27,279 nucleotides of DNA from Candidatus Thorarchaeota archaeon (GTDB lineage: Archaea; Asgardarchaeota; Thorarchaeia; Thorarchaeales; Thorarchaeaceae), in NCBI GenBank assembly GCA_048882385.1, contig JBHLRQ010000035.1:1-27279 (forward strand), given 5' to 3'. The notes below the pieces were generated by a model that worked only from the letters and a program-made list of their open reading frames with translations, was not told the DNA's origin and searched no databases. Position numbers and translations under genes: made by a program. Shown here in pieces: positions 1 to 7,775 of the stretch. Numbering within the stretch: the first letter of the stretch is position 1; every line of letters starts with the position of its first letter.

Positions 1-111
1 CTCTTTCTCAATCAACATCGCAACCTCGTTCGATTTCACCTATCTTTGATAATACTCACTGTAAAAAGCCTCCTACAAACAAGAGAAGTAGAGCAAAGGA
101 GCCGAGTAGAT

Positions 112-453
112 ATGACTACGACATCAAAGGAAACAATGCCCAGTATCGAAGCAGAACTTTACGAGCTTAGCATGCCAGGGCGATTATTAGGAAAGGAAGT
201 CCTAGACAACAGAGCCAGACGTATTGGTATTGTAAGAAGCATAAGGATCGCGCTCCATCCAACCCGCTCAGAACTCATTGTAAAAGGCGCAGAAGTGGAG
301 TTTCCTGTAGATTTCTCAAAGGTAGATGCAGTTGGTACTGTTGTACAACTTAACTCCGTAGTGAAAGATGCCGAAGAGATTGAGGTACACGATGTAATCC
401 GGCTTCAAAAAGAAGTATTGGACGACATCAAATCGTATCTAGGTGCCCGTTAA
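112..453 (+). CDS. PRC-barrel domain protein
   Basis: LLGKEVLDNRARRIGIVRSIRI...FPVDFSKVDAVGTVVQL fits the PRC-barrel pattern (l.GkeV.d..G..iG.V.di...ip...v..vgd.v.l). ATG at 112 follows AGGAG and is preferred over TTG at 46. Confidence 0.7.
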   Translation: MTTTSKETMPSIEAELYELSMPGRLLGKEVLDNRARRIGIVRSIRIALHPTRSELIVKGAEVEFPVDFSKVDAVGTVVQLNSVVKDAEEIEVHDVIRLQKEVLDDIKSYLGAR

Positions 454-485
454 TTTCACTAGCTACAAAATTCGAAGAGTATATA

Positions 486-1346
486 GTGGTCAGCGGAGCA
501 TTCCCATATTCGGAGGCATCTCCATTGGACCTGACTGTGGAAAAACTTGCCAAAATGATTGATCATACGGTTCTCAAACCCGAAACTACCAAAGCGAAGG
601 TCAAACAACTCTGCGATGAAGCCATCACATACAACTTTGCAGCAGTCTGTATCAATTCAGTTCATGTTGAATATGCAGTTGAGCTATTGAAAGATACTGA
701 TATTCTGGTCTGTGTCGTTGTCGGGTTTCCACTTGGTGCTTCACTATCTAGTGTGAAGGTTTGTGAGACGGAAGCGGCTGTGAAGATGGGTGCTCATGAA
801 ATTGACATGGTTATGAATGTGGGTGCCTTAAGAGATGAGAATTTTGACCTTGTTCAGAAGGACATCGAAGCAGTCGTTGCAGCTTCAGGAGACGCTCATG
901 TCAAGGTAATTCTAGAAACAGGGCTCCTAAAAGATGATCAGAAACGAAAAGCGTGTCTTATTTGCAAGGATGCAGGAGCTGATTTTGTCAAGACTTCGAC
1001 CGGGTTTGGACCAATGGGAGCCACGCCTCATGATGTTAGATTGATGCGTGAAACTGTCGGACCAAAAATGGGTGTTAAAGCTGCAGGAGGAATCAGATCT
1101 TTCAAAGACGCGATTCGTGTTATTGATGCAGGAGCTAATCGTCTTGGAACCAGTGCAAGTGTTGCCATAGTGGAAGATTTTCGATGGGCTCAATATAGTG
1201 ACTCTTGGATGGCACCTGACAGGCCTTGTTGGACCTGTCCAAGTCGAATGGCAAACATGGCAAAACAACCGAAAGAAGTCTACAAATGGTACAAAGAGCG
1301 ATGTCTCACATGTCCCGATAAGGAACACAATGTTTTCAATGATTAG
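486..1346 (+). CDS. deoC: Deoxyribose-phosphate aldolase with C-terminal Cys-rich extension
   Basis: IDHTVLKP, VVGFPLG, EIDMV, KVILETG, FVKTSTGF (Schiff-base Lys), VKAAGGIR and RLGTS motifs; GTG start. Confidence 0.96.
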   Translation: MVSGAFPYSEASPLDLTVEKLAKMIDHTVLKPETTKAKVKQLCDEAITYNFAAVCINSVHVEYAVELLKDTDILVCVVVGFPLGASLSSVKVCETEAAVKMGAHEIDMVMNVGALRDENFDLVQKDIEAVVAASGDAHVKVILETGLLKDDQKRKACLICKDAGADFVKTSTGFGPMGATPHDVRLMRETVGPKMGVKAAGGIRSFKDAIRVIDAGANRLGTSASVAIVEDFRWAQYSDSWMAPDRPCWTCPSRMANMAKQPKEVYKWYKERCLTCPDKEHNVFND

Positions 1347-1358
1347 GAGGAATGAAAG

Positions 1359-3149
1359 TTGCCAAAATCTTCACTTTATGCTGATGCCCCAATTCTACAT
1401 GTCAATTTGAGTGACCAGAGTATTCGTCGAGAAGAAATCCCTCCTGATCTCTTCAAACAGTATCTTGGTGGTCGTGGTCTTGGAGTCAAACTCCTCTTTG
1501 ACAACCTTGCCCCTCGGACTGATGCACTCTCTCCAGATAATCTGTTAGTGTTTGCAGTAGGTCCCTCCACAGCTACCAGAATTCCCACTGGTGGAAGATT
1601 CGTTGTAGTCACAAAATCTCCAACAACAGGCACAATATTCGATTCCCATGCAGGAGGTTATTTTGGAGCCCAGTTGAGGCGTGCAGGATTTGCTGCTGTT
1701 GTTTTTCATGGAAAATCTGACTCTCCAGTGTACCTTTGGATCAATAATGACGATGTTGAGCTCAGAAACGCGTCAAAAATCTGGGGGAAAGATGTGTATG
1801 AAGCAACAGATGCACTTCTTGAAGAAACTGATCCTAAAGCCCAAGTTGCATGCATTGGTCCAGCAGGCGAAAATCTTGGTCTGATGGCTGCAATAATGAC
1901 AGACAAACATCGTGCTGCTGGTCGCGGTGGTGTTGGTGCAGTCATGGGCTCGAAGAATCTCAAAGCCATTGTGGCAAAAGGTACTGGAGATGTGGGAATA
2001 CATGATTCTGAACGACTCAATGCTGCTGTGGAATGGTCTCGCAGACTGATAAAGAAGAATGCAGTCACTGACAAATCACTTCCTGTCTATGGCACTCCTG
2101 TGCTTGTGAGCGTGGCCAATGAACTAGGAATGTTACCTACGAACAACTTTCAGGAAGGTACATTCAATGATGCTGAAGGTGTTTCCGGTGAGAAGCTCCT
2201 TGAACGATTCTCTGCTGGTACGTACAACTGTCATGGATGCCCTATTGGATGTGGTCGTCTCAGTATGGTTCAAGGAAAGAAAGTCGGAGGACCAGAATAC
2301 GAGTCTCTCTGGGCGCTCGGTCCACAATGTGGAATAAATGATCTCGAATGGATTGCTATTGCAAATGACAAGTGCAATCATCTTGGTCTAGATACGATTT
2401 CTGTGGGATCTACTATTGGTGCTGCTATGGAGCTAGCGGAAAAAGGAAAACTTGACGCACCCCTAAGATTTGGTGACACTACTGGAATACTAGATCTCAT
2501 CGAAGATATTGCATATATGAGAGGACTCGGTGCTGAGATGAGCGAAGGATCAAAGAGACTTGCAGACCGCTATGGAGCGCCTGAGCTTGCAATGCAGGTC
2601 AAGGGACTAGAGCTGCCAGCTTATGACCCTCGCGGTGCACAGGGACATGCGCTTGGTTATGCTACATCAAACCGGGGCGGTTGTCATCTGCGGTCCTATT
2701 TGATTGGTCCTGAAGTCCTAGGCTCTCCAGTACTTGTTGATCGTGATAGACCAGATGGGAAAGCAGATCTAGTAATGCTATATCAAGACCTCTCTGCTGC
2801 AATGGACTGTATGGTTGTCTGTCGATTCACAAACTTTGCTTGGCCGGTTGATGTCTATGCAGAGATGATTTCGGCTGGGACCGGAATAGAACTCACGGGA
2901 AAGGATTTGCTTAGACTTGGCGAGAGGATATACAATCTTGAGCGAATCTTCAACATTCGAGAAGGGTTCACAGCAAAGGATGATACTCTTCCACCACGAT
3001 TCTTCAAGCCACTCCCTGAAGGAAATTCAAGGAACCGTGTTGTACATCTTGATGAGATGCTGAAAGAATACTACAAACTCCGTGGTTGGGATAAGGACGG
3101 CCGACCAACGAAAGAAACACTGAAGAAGTTGGACATTCCGGTTTCTTGA
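1359..3149 (+). CDS. aor: Tungsten-containing aldehyde:ferredoxin oxidoreductase family protein
   Basis: YLGGRGLG, TKSP, IGPAGEN, RAAGRGGVGAVMGSKNLKAI, CHGCPIGC, GPEYE, GLDTIS, YDPRG, RGGCH, DDTLPPRF, YYKLRGWD. TTG start after AGGAGG. Confidence 0.95.
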   Translation: MPKSSLYADAPILHVNLSDQSIRREEIPPDLFKQYLGGRGLGVKLLFDNLAPRTDALSPDNLLVFAVGPSTATRIPTGGRFVVVTKSPTTGTIFDSHAGGYFGAQLRRAGFAAVVFHGKSDSPVYLWINNDDVELRNASKIWGKDVYEATDALLEETDPKAQVACIGPAGENLGLMAAIMTDKHRAAGRGGVGAVMGSKNLKAIVAKGTGDVGIHDSERLNAAVEWSRRLIKKNAVTDKSLPVYGTPVLVSVANELGMLPTNNFQEGTFNDAEGVSGEKLLERFSAGTYNCHGCPIGCGRLSMVQGKKVGGPEYESLWALGPQCGINDLEWIAIANDKCNHLGLDTISVGSTIGAAMELAEKGKLDAPLRFGDTTGILDLIEDIAYMRGLGAEMSEGSKRLADRYGAPELAMQVKGLELPAYDPRGAQGHALGYATSNRGGCHLRSYLIGPEVLGSPVLVDRDRPDGKADLVMLYQDLSAAMDCMVVCRFTNFAWPVDVYAEMISAGTGIELTGKDLLRLGERIYNLERIFNIREGFTAKDDTLPPRFFKPLPEGNSRNRVVHLDEMLKEYYKLRGWDKDGRPTKETLKKLDIPVS

Positions 3150-3197
3150 AATAGTTACTCTGACTGGCTTCATCATAACTTCCGGAGATGTACTCAA

Positions 3198-5153
3198 CTG
3201 GCCAGAGGAAAACGTAGACGTGGGAAATTTCGGAGAGGCCATGCTCCGTATCTTGCAAAAATACGATTCTTCTGGTGTGATTCATGCAATGTCCCACGAA
3301 TTGCTGACACAGAATGCGGTGTCTGTGGTTCAGTCCCTAGAAAAGTGGAGCTATCACCTCCAGGCGATGCGTTTCCAGCTATGGAGGGACATCTTAGAAG
3401 GGCAATCAATGCACTTGATGCACACTTTGGAAAAGGCGTAGGAGAAATTCTTCTTCCTTCAGACAAAGTTGTTGTTATGAACAAGGTTTCAGCACTTGAT
3501 GCCATGTATGAGGTCATTGTTGATGGATTCATAGTAGGTCGTCTTAGATTTGATATTCCTAAACTCGACTATACATTCATTCTCTCTCTTGAGGGTGCAA
3601 GAAGAATAGGATCTGTCAGCAGACAGAAGTGGGTATCAATATATGATGGAGTTCTAAAATACCTGAAAGATGGTGCCAATCTTATGGTTCCTGGTGTTCA
3701 GGGCTGTGACTCAGACATCAAAATTGATGATGAGGTCTGGGTTATTGATTCCAATGGAAAAGTCGTTGCGGCTGGAATCGCAAAGATGACAGGGGCTGAT
3801 ATGGCAAAGGAACCAAAGGGTTTTGCGGTTAAGATTCGTGCGGTAGCTGATCCAATAAGTCCCTCTGAGAATCTCAGGAAAGCTACATGGGATGATGTAG
3901 TCAAAACCAATGCAAATGACCTTGAGAATATTGAGTCGGAAGCTGTATCCTTCACTAAGAGAACGATTGCAAGGCAGGATTGTCTTCCTGTGGTTGTAGC
4001 CTTCAGTGGCGGGAAAGACTCTTTGGCAACCTACCTAATTGTTGAGAGAGCACTTGGAGAGAGTCCACCAATCTTTTTCATGGACACAGGAATCGAACTT
4101 CCTGAAACCATAGAGTACATAGAGGACTTTGCACGCTCTCGAAGCGTCAAAATAATCGGTCAACAAGCTGGAGATAGATTCTGGGACTCTGTTGACACAT
4201 TTGGACCTCCTGCACGAGATTTCAGATGGTGTTGTAAGGTCTTGAAGCTCGGTCCAGCAGCCACGTCCATCGCTGATGAGATGGGCGGAGAGAATCTGAG
4301 CTTCATGGGACAGAGAAAATTAGAGTCGTTCCAACGCTCAATCGAACCTAGAGTAACAGAGAATCCATGGGTTCCTGGTCAGACATCTGCTAATCCGATT
4401 CAGAACTGGAACGCTCTAGAGGTCTGGCTTTACATATTCAAAAAGAAAGAGGACTTCAATCCTTTGTACAATCAAGGATACCACAGAATGGGATGTTATC
4501 TGTGCCCATCATCACCCTTGGCAGAATTGGATGCTCTTCGAGAAACCCATCCTGAACTTCATAAACAATGGGAGTCCAAGATGAAAGAATGGGCTGATAA
4601 ATACGGCTATCCGAATGAATGGGTTGACATGGGTTTTTGGAGATGGAAGAATTTACCTCAGGGTCAAATGAAACTTGTTAACAAGCTGGGTCTGAATATT
4701 GAACCCGACAGATCAAGCCCTGGAGAGAGCTTGAACCTATCTGTCACAAAAGGAGTTTCACCTTGCGTCAAATCAGGATTTAGTCTAGAAGGTGCTTTTT
4801 CATCAGGGGTTGATCTTAATCGAGTCTCCAAGTTGTTTCCTATATTTGGTAAAACCCGCGTATCGGAAGAACTTGGAGCACTTCGAACCTCGGTGGGTGC
4901 GAACAGTATCGCGTTGTTCAGCTCAGGATCCGTTGTTGTAAGAGGAGATAAGGAGAAATTTGTGAGTCAACTGACAGACCAGATGCAACGTGCCCTGAAA
5001 AGGGCTTTATTCTGTCAAGCTTGTGGATCCTGTGTGCCACAATGCGAACATGGAGCCTTAAATCTCGATGATGGAAAGATATCAGTCGACGAAGAGAAAT
5101 GTACGAATTGTCTCAAATGTGACAAGTGGCCTTGTCCTACCTACTTGACATAG
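3198..5153 (+). CDS. PAPS/APS reductase-family PP-loop protein with N-terminal Zn ribbon, PUA domain and C-terminal 2x[4Fe-4S] ferredoxin
   Basis: AFSGGKDS PP-loop, RWCCKVLK, GCYLCP, PUA-like DGANLMVPGV...VVAAGIA, C-terminal CQACGSCVPQC and CTNCLKC...CP. The frame upstream of GTG 3345 is open and encodes WCDSCNVP...CGVCG, so the start is placed at CTG 3198 after GGAG. Confidence 0.85.
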   Translation: MARGKRRRGKFRRGHAPYLAKIRFFWCDSCNVPRIADTECGVCGSVPRKVELSPPGDAFPAMEGHLRRAINALDAHFGKGVGEILLPSDKVVVMNKVSALDAMYEVIVDGFIVGRLRFDIPKLDYTFILSLEGARRIGSVSRQKWVSIYDGVLKYLKDGANLMVPGVQGCDSDIKIDDEVWVIDSNGKVVAAGIAKMTGADMAKEPKGFAVKIRAVADPISPSENLRKATWDDVVKTNANDLENIESEAVSFTKRTIARQDCLPVVVAFSGGKDSLATYLIVERALGESPPIFFMDTGIELPETIEYIEDFARSRSVKIIGQQAGDRFWDSVDTFGPPARDFRWCCKVLKLGPAATSIADEMGGENLSFMGQRKLESFQRSIEPRVTENPWVPGQTSANPIQNWNALEVWLYIFKKKEDFNPLYNQGYHRMGCYLCPSSPLAELDALRETHPELHKQWESKMKEWADKYGYPNEWVDMGFWRWKNLPQGQMKLVNKLGLNIEPDRSSPGESLNLSVTKGVSPCVKSGFSLEGAFSSGVDLNRVSKLFPIFGKTRVSEELGALRTSVGANSIALFSSGSVVVRGDKEKFVSQLTDQMQRALKRALFCQACGSCVPQCEHGALNLDDGKISVDEEKCTNCLKCDKWPCPTYLT

Positions 5154-6174
5154 GTATTGGGAACCTCTTTTTCCAGCGTTGTGCAAGCTCGCTACATGTA
5201 AGAATCTCAGGGTCCGCTTCTTTGATAATCTTGAGGAGCTGTCTAAAAGAATCATGGTACTTTGGGTGACCAAAATCCTCTGGATCTGGGTGAAGGATGA
5301 AAACAGCAAGCCCTCCTCTTGATTTGATATATTCCATTTTCTTTTTCCAAATTCTAAGCATGTTCTCTTTCGAGAGCTTGTAATAATAGAGCAGTGTCCA
5401 GTCCTGAGGCATCGACACTGGAATCTCTAAAACTGAGCTCCATTGCCAATCCTCTCCAACTTGATAGAGGGGATAGAACGGAAAGATTGTTCGGCTTCCA
5501 GTTGAGGCATATCCAACAGTTGAGTCGTCTGTGTCAGGGAAAGATGAATCCCAATCATAGCCTGCTTTAGTCAAATGTTTGATCATTGGTTTGGTTCTAT
5601 GAAGTAAAGGTGCACGATAACCTAGTGAGGAGAGGCCAAGTTCTTTTCCTCGCATTGCAGCTCTCTCTATCCTCTCCTTTTGCTCAGAAATAGGGAGGAA
5701 AGCAAACTTTCCATCATGACGAAGTCCATGCATTCCAAAATCAAAACCATCATCTACCAGTCCCTTGATAGTATCCTTTGAGATTTGGTATTCCAGAGAA
5801 TCCGCTACAATATTGAATGTGGAAACCATGTCTTCTGCCCTTTCCATTTCAACAAACTTTGACATTCCATACTCGTATCCAACACGGGTGTCTACATCAT
5901 GAGTCATGATGACTCCAAAGTCCTTCTGCCAGAAGTCTTTCTTCTCCTCAGTAGATGGATCCAATCTGTCAGCGAGATCATCAATTGGAAACTCTCGTTT
6001 CCTACTGCTTGATGACTTTGGTCTAAACAATGACAGCATAGAAACGAAGGAGTTACGAATCTGATAGGGAATATACTCAATCATCTTTAGATTGACCCCA
6101 AACTGCATTGCTGCAGGTGGTTCATACTTGATATCCATCTCATTTCTATAGAAATCGCTCTCTGAGATTTTCAC
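5137..6174 (-). CDS. Polysaccharide deacetylase (CE4/NodB-like) family protein
   Basis: THDVD motif, GMHGLRHDG metal His pair, GYRAP, YDWDSS, EIPV, ILHPD. 3' end overlaps the convergent gene by 17 bp. Confidence 0.8.
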   Translation of the reverse strand: MKISESDFYRNEMDIKYEPPAAMQFGVNLKMIEYIPYQIRNSFVSMLSLFRPKSSSSRKREFPIDDLADRLDPSTEEKKDFWQKDFGVIMTHDVDTRVGYEYGMSKFVEMERAEDMVSTFNIVADSLEYQISKDTIKGLVDDGFDFGMHGLRHDGKFAFLPISEQKERIERAAMRGKELGLSSLGYRAPLLHRTKPMIKHLTKAGYDWDSSFPDTDDSTVGYASTGSRTIFPFYPLYQVGEDWQWSSVLEIPVSMPQDWTLLYYYKLSKENMLRIWKKKMEYIKSRGGLAVFILHPDPEDFGHPKYHDSFRQLLKIIKEADPEILTCSELAQRWKKRFPIPMSSR

Positions 6175-6188
6175 TGCACGTCACCGTA

Positions 6189-7673
6189 TCACGAGGAATA
6201 TTTCAACCAATGTCCATATCGAGATAGCCAACCATTTACAACAAGGCTGACTTTCGTTCTTTTGCCTCCCCATGTACTATTCTCGAGATCAAACCACCAA
6301 GAACCAACATCTTCAAGCTCTGCTGCTCTCTGTTCATCTAAAGCAAATAGGGTAATCACATAAGCTCTCTCAGTGACCTTTTCCCATACACTCTCTTCAT
6401 TCTCAAACAGGAATATTATTTGGTTATCTGATTTTGATGATGGCCCTATTGGTGTGCGAAATGTAGTACTAGCATAGTCATCCATTAGCTCAGGATCGTT
6501 TACTCTCCAATCCTCAATACGAAGATATCCAACAAGTTCTGTCAGCATATCTTTGAGAATCTTCTTCTTTTCCACTTCTGAGTACTTCTTGATATACTCC
6601 TCACCTTTTCTGAGAACCTTTGCTGGTACACCAGCCGCGAGACTGCGTGCTGGTATGTCACGGTTGATTACAGAACCTGCTCCAATCGTCGCTTCTTTTC
6701 CAATGTGAACATTTGGGAGCACAAAGACACGCCATGGAAACCAGACTCCATCTTCAATAGTGATGGGTCCAAATGCTACCGGAAATCCCTCAAGTACAGG
6801 TTGCCAAGTTCCATGGGTGAAAAGAAAGTTGGACCCTCCAATTCCCACTCTCTTTCCAATCTTGATTGGGTGTGTGGGATTGATTACACTCTGAGCGAAG
6901 ATCATTGATAGGTCTCCAATCTCAATCTCAGACTTGTCTGTCTTCAATCCACCAATGTACACCTGTTCCTGAATTGTCACTTCCTCGCCGATGACAACTT
7001 TGTGTGTATCAATAATAACTAGCATACCAAGAGTAGAATATTTACCCATTACGAACTCATTTGCCTTGATCATACAGGCCATTCCTATCTCTACATAGTC
7101 ACCAATCACAATCTTCTTACAGTCTAGTATTGATAGGAGTCCTATTGATACGCCCTTCCCAATCTCAGCACCTTTTCTTCGATAATAAGCAATTTTCAAA
7201 CTAGAAGGTAATAGTCCAATCGTTGCCATCTTTCCAATTGGCATACTCAATAGGTCGGGGTCTCCAATGTGAGTTCTAACCATGAAAAATGGTCCAAACA
7301 AGACCGCTAGCAGAATGAGTCCTCGAAGTCCTCCAAAGAATAGGTTATACTCCATCCATAGATTGTAACTACCAATCAACAAGATGTAGTCATAGTAAAT
7401 GACATCAAAGACTATGAATAGTACGAGCCAAATCAGACCTACACTCAGCATTCTTCTTCTCTTATGCCTCGGCACAAATAATCTGAATGAGAGGTTGATT
7501 ATTACAAGCAGAAGAACGAACAGGATGAGATTCCTTAGTACATACTGACTCGAACCAAATAAAATGGTCCATATCCACTCGAAAACAAGAGTTGTAATAG
7601 GCATCAGAATCCAAGCGACTATCGCGTATGATCTACTGTTTTTTATGAACTCATCCAAGACCATTTCCTCCAT
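6189..7673 (-). CDS. Hexapeptide-repeat (left-handed beta-helix) acyltransferase with N-terminal ~4-TM domain and extra C-terminal domain
   Basis: GAEIGKGVSIG, IGDYVEIG, IGEEVTI, IGKRVGIG, FTH, ITIEDGVW, VHIGKEATIGAGSVINRDIP...AAGVPAKV. First ~130 aa contain four hydrophobic segments. Confidence 0.85.
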   Translation of the reverse strand: MEEMVLDEFIKNSRSYAIVAWILMPITTLVFEWIWTILFGSSQYVLRNLILFVLLLVIINLSFRLFVPRHKRRRMLSVGLIWLVLFIVFDVIYYDYILLIGSYNLWMEYNLFFGGLRGLILLAVLFGPFFMVRTHIGDPDLLSMPIGKMATIGLLPSSLKIAYYRRKGAEIGKGVSIGLLSILDCKKIVIGDYVEIGMACMIKANEFVMGKYSTLGMLVIIDTHKVVIGEEVTIQEQVYIGGLKTDKSEIEIGDLSMIFAQSVINPTHPIKIGKRVGIGGSNFLFTHGTWQPVLEGFPVAFGPITIEDGVWFPWRVFVLPNVHIGKEATIGAGSVINRDIPARSLAAGVPAKVLRKGEEYIKKYSEVEKKKILKDMLTELVGYLRIEDWRVNDPELMDDYASTTFRTPIGPSSKSDNQIIFLFENEESVWEKVTERAYVITLFALDEQRAAELEDVGSWWFDLENSTWGGKRTKVSLVVNGWLSRYGHWLKYSS

Positions 7674-7775
7674 TATCTGTGAGATTGTGGAGAGTTAAAT
7701 GTCGACCTGTGGTATAGACTATATTACAATTGCCATGCGTCACCCAGCAAAGGTTATTTACCACAATTCCGCCAC

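Noticed and set aside
1-39. Start of a divergent minus-strand gene (ATG at 18, MLIEKE...)
   Set aside because: Plausible SD-like GAGGT upstream, but too few codons lie in the window to support a call.
3147-3149. Selenocysteine or readthrough at the aor TGA fusing AOR to the in-frame downstream protein
   Set aside because: AOR ends at its normal C-terminus (PTKETLKKLDI), the TGA is not at a recognisable Cys position, no convincing SECIS was seen, and an SD plus CTG start explains the open frame more simply.
3220-3441. 73-aa ORF as a separate gene or frameshifted N-terminus
   Set aside because: It is a shadow frame; the conserved Zn ribbon is already in frame with 3345..5153, so no frameshift is needed.
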